DNA from: Daphnia carinata
Taxonomy: Eukaryota
Direction of reading: 5' to 3'
NCBI RefSeq assembly: GCF_022539665.2
Contig: NC_081331.1
Span: 9,796,001 to 9,860,000 of the forward strand
Length of the DNA: 64,000 nucleotides
Part shown: positions 56,152 through 64,000 of the stretch, piece by piece
Layout: each line of letters begins with the position of its first letter
How positions within the stretch are numbered: the stretch's first letter is position 1
Made by a program: the position numbers and the translations under genes
Notes under the pieces: model-generated
Seen by the model: only the letters and a program-made list of their open reading frames with translations
Database searches by the model: none
What the model was told of the DNA's origin: nothing

Positions 56152-56479
56152 TCCATCACAGCAGAGCTGAACTGTAAAAATCAGAGCCCGATCAGAACCG
56201 ACCCTATCCACCAAAAAAACACAAAAACGTCCGGTAAGGTAAACACGGTCAGTCGCCGCGGAAACCCCCAAACAATTGAAAAAGTGGAAAATGATCCTTT
56301 CGAGAAAAAAAAATTTACAACCACCCAGTTGGACATAGTTCACTAAAACGCAAGCGCGCTCTGAACGTTCCGCTCAGTGCTTTAAAAAAAATTGGATTTC
56401 CGATCTCGTTCACAAAAAATACATATGAGCTTGAACATTGAATAAAAAAAAGTTCCAAATAAAAAAACATGTTAATTGT

Positions 56480-57430
56480 TGACATACACAGACACCAGTG
56501 AACACCGAAAGCAGACGTCAACTGCCAATAGACCGCATCTATCTTATCCTATTTCAGGTGCCTATTGATTCTTATCTTTCCATTGGATTTTTCTCTTTCA
56601 CATTTCATAGTGTATGTGTGTTTGTGTATGTGGCAGCCCTTAGAATGCAAAAAAAACAATATTTATTGTAAACAAAGCCCAGTGAGTTGACTATTTCTCA
56701 ACGATTGATTGGAACGATTATGTATGTATGTGTGTGCGCCTTGTTTGGAAGAAGCTTTATCATCTATCATTACTTGTACGCACACACGGGAGGAAAATAA
56801 ACAAATAAAGCGAAAAGGGGGTTCTCCACCAATGTTATATTGATTTCGAGTTTTTCCGAAGCGACACAGCCCATTGTGCACCGCCACTGGTGCTCCTCAA
56901 TTATTTTCATTACAGTTAGTAATGGTCGCCATTTGTCAGTCATCTTCGATTGCAGCGTCGCCACCCTCTACTATTGTTTTTTTTTGTTTTGTTTTGTTTT
57001 TGGCCCGTTACCTTCCATTTATATTAGTTTGTTCTTTATGACCGGTATGGGAATACAAGAGTAACCGGTAAATGCTCACGAAATGCCTAGCATGGGACGT
57101 ATGACTCCTTCCTATTTTGCCTTACAACCTCGTCAGACGTCCCATCCTACGCTCCGTTGATTTGATTTATTTTATTTTATTTTATTTTTTGGTGGGGGAG
57201 GTTTATCGATGGTGATAACTAGGCAACCTACCGCCAATCACGAGACCTATCCGTTTAGATGGAAGAAAAAAAAACGGATGGACTGGACGGAAACGAAGCA
57301 TTTTTTCTTTATTATTTTAATGGGACAATAAACGACATTAGAATGCGTCTGACGAGATTTGATAGAATTCCGTATTTTTTGTGTGTGGTAAATTGCTTGA
57401 GTAAATCGACGTGCAGTTGTTTTTGTTCAC
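56480..57430 (+). repeat. Third copy of the non-coding block also found at ~48390-48850 and ~59905-60570
   Basis: Shared strings such as gacgtcaac...agaccgcat, cattacttgtac.cacac, cattgtgc.ccg.c.ctgg.tgctc, tagatggaagaa and ttttaa.tgggacaa. Confidence 0.8.
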
Positions 57431-57782
57431 CGCCGTCAGCTAGAATGAATGTTCTTCAGCGCCAATTGGTGGATTGGATTTTGCATACTAGTGGATCTGC
57501 TCATCGCGTCCGAACCAATCAGTAGACAGCGCTTTGCTAAATAGCTTAAAAAACAGTAATCACATTGCTGAATTCTACAAATTGGCTCCTGCATCATTAC
57601 TTCAGACTTTCGTCCGTGAGTGTAGCAGTAGCCACGATGCACAGTGAATCTTGGTTCTTTCCCTTCTTGATAAGTTAGCTGCCGCCGACAACCAACGACC
57701 GATTGCTACCTTTTTGTCGTCTCAAGGATACTTAAAACACATGGTATAAGCACTCAATGTATTGCTCATGTAGACTACGTGG

Positions 57783-58094
57783 CGTGGCCCGGTTCTAAAC
57801 ACGGGACTGCAGTCTCAGCAGCAGGCCTCTGGTCCTACCGGGGCTGGTACCAGGAATATTAGGGATGCTATCTCCGACAACGCTTCCAACATTGAGCATA
57901 TTGTAAGACCTCATAAAATTTCTTTGATAATCGACCTTTCGAAATCTTAATGTTAATTTAATTTAATATTTTAGATGCCTCCAGCTAATTCGACCACACC
58001 TTTGCCCGGTGGATTGCAACTAAGCCAGGTCACTGCCGACTCTGTTCAGGGATCGAAAGAATGGCATCAGTCTATGTCGCCTAAGCGGAAGGAG
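57783..58094 (+). pseudogene. 312-bp CBP fragment (end of exon 3, intron, start of exon 4 including the KIX-deletion junction)
   Basis: Ungapped copy of 51509-51820 with about 6 mismatches by eye. Confidence 0.93.
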
Positions 58095-58492
58095 ATATGT
58101 GTTACTTCTTCACATGATATGTGTTTTAAGATTGAAATATTATTTCTCTAAACCTTATTTGTCAAATGTTAATAATAATGAACTCGTCTTCATGTTAACA
58201 GACTTTCCATCCGATTATTTCTTGGGCGATTATCGGTCACCGTCGATAATCGGAAAAAATAATCGGCGACCATTCGTCTGTTGAAAAAGCTTGATTTTCG
58301 ATTAAATTTCTTACCGATTGTTTTTAGACGCCGTCTAAGAGTAAGGAAATAATATGCCATTGTTTAGCTTTAAGTGCGACTGGTGTATCTGCACCAGATT
58401 CACGGGTTTGCCTAGCAATCTCTTACGCACGAGTGATTATTGTTTTTATTGTTTTTTTTGAGTTGATATTTTTAAGGAAGGGAAGGATTGTT

Positions 58493-58563
58493 GGGGGTGG
58501 TGGGAATCGAACACGAGGTAACTATCTACGAAGGTATGGCGATAGCCACTGTGCCAGGACCGC
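58493..58563 (-). other. Degenerate tRNA-derived sequence (SINE head or tRNA pseudogene)
   Basis: Minus strand GCGGTCCTGGCACAGTGG...GTGTTCGATTCCCACC has A-box and B-box matches at tRNA-like spacing, but the acceptor and anticodon stems pair poorly. Confidence 0.5.
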
Positions 58564-61500
58564 ACATGCCATTGTTTATATTGACACAAATGAACACTTC
58601 AAAAAACCGTCTGCTACAAAAGTGACACAGCTATGAGTATACTTTCATATATTCTCATCTACCGTTAATAGATGTCACTAAATAATCGAAAATTAATCGC
58701 GATTAAAAATTAAAAATTGCTCTTGCTGAGAGCTATACATTCTGTAAAAATTCTGTATTTTGAACTTATACTATTCAGTTAATAATTATTTTAATTTCGT
58801 GGTACTACTATGGGGGGAACACGAAAAAAATTAAAAATTTAGAACCTCCGTTTGAGCATTAATGTTAGTTTTAAATATCAAAAAGATAATTATTAGATTT
58901 GTGTAAAAATAAGGAATGCTGTGGCGTATCAAATATTTTAATAAAGTTATTTCTAATTAAATCTAAGGTAATCCATTGTGCATAACATACCGGGAGGTGC
59001 TGGTGCGATATTATCGAGAATTTACAGTAATATTTATGGAAACGCATGATATCTTAGTGAAATCATCTTTTATAAAATTAAAAAGATTTAGTAATGATTA
59101 AACATTGTATGGCCTAAATTCAAATGAAAAAAAAATATAACAAATCATAAAAGTATTTTTATGTGAACAACAGATGGCGTTGGCATTCAGAAATAGTCAG
59201 AAAACTATGATACAGCAGGAAGAGGTATTTCGCAATGAAATGTCTGACATTGGAACCTTGCACATGTTTAGTTTAGTCCTTTTCTCTCCGCAGTCTGTTA
59301 CGGACGTGCGTGTGTTTTTTGTTCAGTGTGACTCGTTCAACTTTTTTCCCTGTTGCTAATGTCCAATTGCAGTGTATATGTAATGTATGCGTATTGTGAG
59401 GCCATATTTTGTTTCGCAGCTCGTTATTTGTCGAAATAATTCGTGTTTACCACTTGTCTGTGTTGCTGTCATCGGTATTTCTAACGGATGTCTTAGGGTG
59501 AGTATAAAAAACGAGACATGCTTATCGGATTCTATCACAGTTGTTTCTCTGTCGATGTGACGACGATTTTTCCTCCGTTTTCATCTACACCATCAAACTG
59601 TTGTTCATGGGATCATACTTTATTGTTTGTTTTCTTGCTCTATTGCTTTTGGGAGGCTAGATTGTTGCCCTTCCTTTTTTTTCCTGTTCAGTTCTGTCTG
59701 TCGCCGAACTAAAGGAGCACGTCGTATGTGCAGTTAGACCCCCTTCATCTTTATCAGTTTTAGTCTTGTCCTAAATATATGCAACATGTAGTAAGTAATT
59801 AACTTTTGATGTGTCTGTACAGATTTCGGATTTCTCTACAACGGATAATGGAGGGTCGCAATACTAACTGATTGTTCAATAGAATTTCGTGATCGAGTGA
59901 CACATAGACACGAGTCGGCACCGACAAGCAGACGTCAACCTCCGATAGACCGCATGTATCACGTCCACGTTTCCGGTACCTATTTATACTTTTCTTTTCT
60001 TTGGATGTTTTCTTTCTCACACTCCACGGTTCGTGTATGTGTGTGAGGCAGCCCCTAGAAAGAAAAAAAAACAGTATTTATCGCCCATTGGGCTGCCTAT
60101 TTCCTAATGCTCGGTTTTGATCGATTATGTATGTATGCGCGCCTTGTATAGATGAAGCTTTACCATCTATCATTACTTGTACACACAAACGGGAGAAAGA
60201 GCAATAACTATAGTGAAAAGCGGGTTCTTCGCCAAAGTCATATTGTTTTCTAGTTTTTTCGGGGCCGTACATCGCATTGTGCCCGGCCGCTGCGTGCTCT
60301 TCAGTTATTTCATTAGAGTTAATAACAGTCGCCATTTGCCAGTCGTCATTTGTTGCTACCCTTCACTATTTATTTATTTTTTTTCGTTTTTTTTCCGCTT
60401 TCTCCCATTTATCCGCCACCCCCAAGACCTATATGATTAGATGGAAGAAGAAAAAAAAACGTATGGACGGGACGGAAACAAAACATTTTGTTTTCCCGTT
60501 TTTATTATTTTTAAATGGGACAACAGACAACAAAGGAATGCGTCTGATTAGACTTGATAGAATTGCGGTTTTGTTGGTTTCTGTACAAGCGGTCTTTTAT
60601 TATTTAGGGCTTGTTTGGTCGGTTCGCAGGGTGGGTAGGATGCACTGTCGTATCCGGAATAAGGCTCGAGTCCACGCCTTTTTTTTTCTTAAAGCTTAAG
60701 ATTTTGGTTTGGTTGTAAAGAAAGGGCAAGGGAAAGTGGCAATGACGCAAAGGATTGGGATTGGGTTTTCAAAAAAAAAATAACCCCTTGGTATTTAAAG
60801 GACAGGCAGCGTTCTAATGTGACGAAAGCAGACCCACGCAGCACACAGACACCAGACCAGAGTAGACCGGCCAGACCACCACACACAGCACCAGACCAGA
60901 CAGCAGACACGGTGGGACTAGTCCGGTGGCCTCATCTTGTTTTATTCAGAACAACTTTTAAGATTGAACTTGAACTCGTGGCAATTCTCTTGTGCTACGG
61001 TTTTGACGGTGTGATTGAAAAAAGGCCATATTTTTATGCGGGTGTATGAAAAATAATAAAGGAAAAAAGGAGGACAAGAAAACACGGCGACTATAGCCCC
61101 CGACCTCATCCAACTGGCTAGTAGGACAATTTGAAACGTTTTTTCTTTTACTAGCAGTCCGGATAAAAAAATTTTGATACTGCTTTTCTTCTCTTTTCTT
61201 TATCTTTTTTTTTTTTCATTCTTTTTTTCTGTATGCATGTGTCTCTGTGTATTTTCGTTTTCTATCTTGTCTTTTTTTCGGATTCGTCTTTTAAATTTTG
61301 ATGCGCGCACAGCTCTTTGATACAAAACCGGATGCGATGAAACGAGCATAATAGTAGCAGCATTGGTATGGAGGAACTGCTTTTAGGTTATAGTGGCAAC
61401 CTCCTATGCATTCGTACATGCCATACTGTAGCACCCACAGACACACACAAAGGTTAGCAGGATTTTTGTGACTGTCGGTAGTGGAAGTAAATTCTTTGCA

Positions 61501-62127
61501 AGAAGAAGAAGCGAAAAAGAGCGAGGGAGGATGGGCAAGAGCCGTGGCTCTGTTGTAGCTATAGCCGCCGGAAAGAGTGTGTCGTAGACGATGACGTGGA
61601 AGTGTAGGAACCGGGGAAGACGTCAAGGCCACTTCTCGCTCGTGCACGGTCTAGGCGTTGCGCAACACCCCGGTGTCCCCCGGAGGCGGCTCGTGCTTGT
61701 GTTGCGAGTGTGTCAGTGTGTCCAGACACACTGTGTTTTTACGCGTGTGTTTACTGTGTGTTTACGCGTTGGGAAAACTCCCCCTCCCCCATTTTCCCCT
61801 CCTATCTTTGTATCCCCTTGTATTTTCTACCCTTATCTACTAAACAGCCATCCAGTTGTTCTCCTTCAAGAAGAACGAAGGAGCGCACACACGTAGACAG
61901 GTAAGAAGAAGAAAAAAGGAGAGGAAAAGGGTTTTGAATGCGTGTCTTGTCGGTGAGTCAGTCAATTATCCCATTATCTAATTGAATACACACCAAGTTA
62001 GTTGCAGAATTAAGAAGGAAGAAGAAGAGAAGACAATTTTTCATTCCTCATTTTTGATGTAATTATTGGTTGATTTGACTTTGCTTATAATTATTATTAT
62101 TTATTTTTGTAAGTGCAGAATTCATTA

Positions 62128-62779
62128 CAGCAGCTGTCCACAAAGTGGGACATGCCGTGCAAAGGGACACCCTTCCCACTTTGCAGGTTTGTCCCACTTT
62201 GCGGATCCTCGTATGAATATCTAGATGAGATTAGGCAACCCGGCTAGGTTCAACGAGTGCTATTAAAATGTACGGCTTTTCCCAAGATGTGAGTTGCTTA
62301 ACCACTTTAATAGATAGTATTGGCTACAGCTTCATTCTCAATCTACTCAATGATTTTTAGTTGATCACCTAACGAAGTACATTGATGAAGTATTCAGTAT
62401 CATAACATAACATCACAACCCCTATTTTTTGTACGCTTTTTGACATTTTCACAACATTAGAAATGAATAAAAAAATGACTAGGTGCGAAAACTAAAACAA
62501 ACTCACTTAGTTTGTGAATGAGGGCGATTTTCGCCAAAATATTTCATCTATTTTTAGAAACATGTTTTACCGAAAAATTGTTATAGTTGTTAAGCTATCT
62601 AAAAGAGCTCCGGGCGACATGAACATCAGAAATTGTTTCCAATCTTGTGGCGTTTTAAACGAACCGCGCTTTAGCTACGTTACTCAAACCGCGAGGGTTC
62701 TTTTCTGTGCAAACGCCGCCCCTTCCCACTTTGCAAGAAATCCCACTTTCCGGGCCTCCCACTTTGTGGACCGCTGCTG
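62128..62779. mobile_element. Tc1/mariner-type non-autonomous element (652 bp) with TA target duplication
   Basis: TA|CAGCAGCTGTCCACAAAGTGGGA...TCCCACTTTGTGGACCGCTGCTG|TA: 23-bp TIR with one mismatch, subterminal TCCCACTTT repeats, no transposase ORF. Confidence 0.85.
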
Positions 62780-63757
62780 TACTGAATTACGTTTTCGAAG
62801 CCGCATTTTCATTACAAGGGAAAAAATTCACAGAGATAAGAAAGTCAGAATTTGAAAATTTGTTTTTTCCAAAGTTTGAAATCCCAAGCCTTGGAGTAGA
62901 TCAATTCAAACATTTTCGCGTCTTTTCTGTGTAAGGATAAAATGACCTAGATTCTGTGCATTACTGGCACCCAGTCTTGCCGTTGCGATTGATTTTTTTA
63001 TCTTGATCGCCTATCCGATCGTCAGTGATTGATCTTGATCAGCGATTCGATCTTTTCAAAACGATTTGATTGGCGATCAAATTTTTGCGATCCGATCGTT
63101 TTTGGGCGAAATGTAGTGGTGAAATTTGAACTAAACTTGTCATCATTTCAAGTCAATGTCTTCATTTACAGACAAAAAGGGCGTGTGCTGCGAATGAAGG
63201 ATAAACAGCTTCCTCAGCGAAAATGTTTAGCAAAAATTTATATGAATTCTAAATTCTTACGTTTGGTGGCGCCAGACTTGCCGCGATCGCGATCGCGGCG
63301 ATCCCTCATCTTGCACCATTATCAGTTTTAGACCTACATTCCCCCTCCCTCCCCTCCATTTTTAAAAATCGCTGGAACATTCCAGTTACGCAGCGATCCT
63401 AAATTTACCGTTTTTCGTATTTCTTCTTTTTATTTTGACGCTCGCAAGCAAGCCGGAATAAGGGAAGTGTATTTATTTTGTGCTTTTTAAAATTTAATAA
63501 TTGAATAATTAATTTTTTAAATATTCTTGTTTACATAATGGTCCACAAGTCATGGTGGGAAATCCTTGATCTGTCAGAGGTCTTCCTAACACTATGAAGC
63601 CGCATTAACAGCAGCAAGCGCCACTGAGAGGTCAGTTTCTCCAAGGAATGAATACTCAGGGACCACGCTTCCAGGTTTAAAGAATCCCGTTTCCGTACAC
63701 TCCTTATCTCCGATGTAAACGAAGGCTCAATTGAAATAGGTACCAAGAAAAGCTGGA

Positions 63758-64000
63758 ATGGGAGATATTGACCCAAATTCTCGACCAGACGCGAATGCTA
63801 TGGACCATTCCAATCAATATGGGTTCGCAAATTCGAATACATCTAATGCTACGATGACAGCCCAACAGCAGAGACCTATCTGTACAGCTAATGGTGATAT
63901 ACCACCAATGCAAAATATGTATCAGCAGCAACAACAACAACATAATAGTGAGCCAAACATGAATCCTAACATATCAGCCCGTCCAGTTATGATGCCTGGT
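63758..64000 (+). CDS. CBP: Start of a second tandem CBP paralog copy (truncated by the window end)
   Basis: Open frame [22 protein letters not shown]...PVMMPG, collinear with 50290-50532 (15 nt differences in 243). It is preceded by the same decayed exon, with stops at 63567, 63606 and 63737. Confidence 0.85.
   Translation, partial: MGDIDPNSRPDANAMDHSNQYGFANSNTSNATMTAQQQRPICTANGDIPPMQNMYQQQQQQHNSEPNMNPNISARPVMMPG

Noticed and set aside
60826..60910. CAGAC/CCAGA short repeats as a CRISPR-like array
   Set aside because: Irregular low-complexity repeats with no constant repeat-spacer structure, in a eukaryotic context with no cas genes.

Overview
This is eukaryotic, arthropod-type genomic DNA with many 50-100 nt GT-AG introns and long poly-T tracts. 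It looks Daphnia-like, though that is inference. Hand-spliced gene models: (1) a complete kainate-type ionotropic glutamate receptor (+, 7033-17171, ~934 aa) with two equal-length 204-nt tandem exons in the S1 ligand-binding lobe that look mutually exclusive; (2) a secreted protein with three fasciclin (FAS1) domains (-, 19965-25125, ~642 aa); (3) a FAM107-family gene (+, 40881-41856); (4) an intron-retaining pseudogene of the mitochondrial SAM carrier SLC25A26 (-, 45049-45845), whose reading frames the ORF track does not show; (5) a rebuilt CBP/p300 acetyltransferase paralog (+, 50332-56151). The CBP paralog keeps TAZ1, bromodomain, RING/PHD, HAT, ZZ, TAZ2 and NCBD. Its KIX domain is cleanly deleted in frame, its HAT autoinhibitory loop is shortened and its ancestral N-terminal exon has decayed. 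It sits in a ~13.5-kb tandem segmental duplication: a second copy starts at ~63.5 kb, and a 312-bp fragment carrying the same KIX-deletion junction lies at 57783-58094. Several non-autonomous DNA elements are also present, including a TA-flanked MITE with tRNA-like arms, a hAT-like insertion with an empty paralogous site, and a 390-bp foldback. The best candidate for an undescribed system is the tandemly amplified KIX-less CBP family. All models were derived by eye with no database searches.
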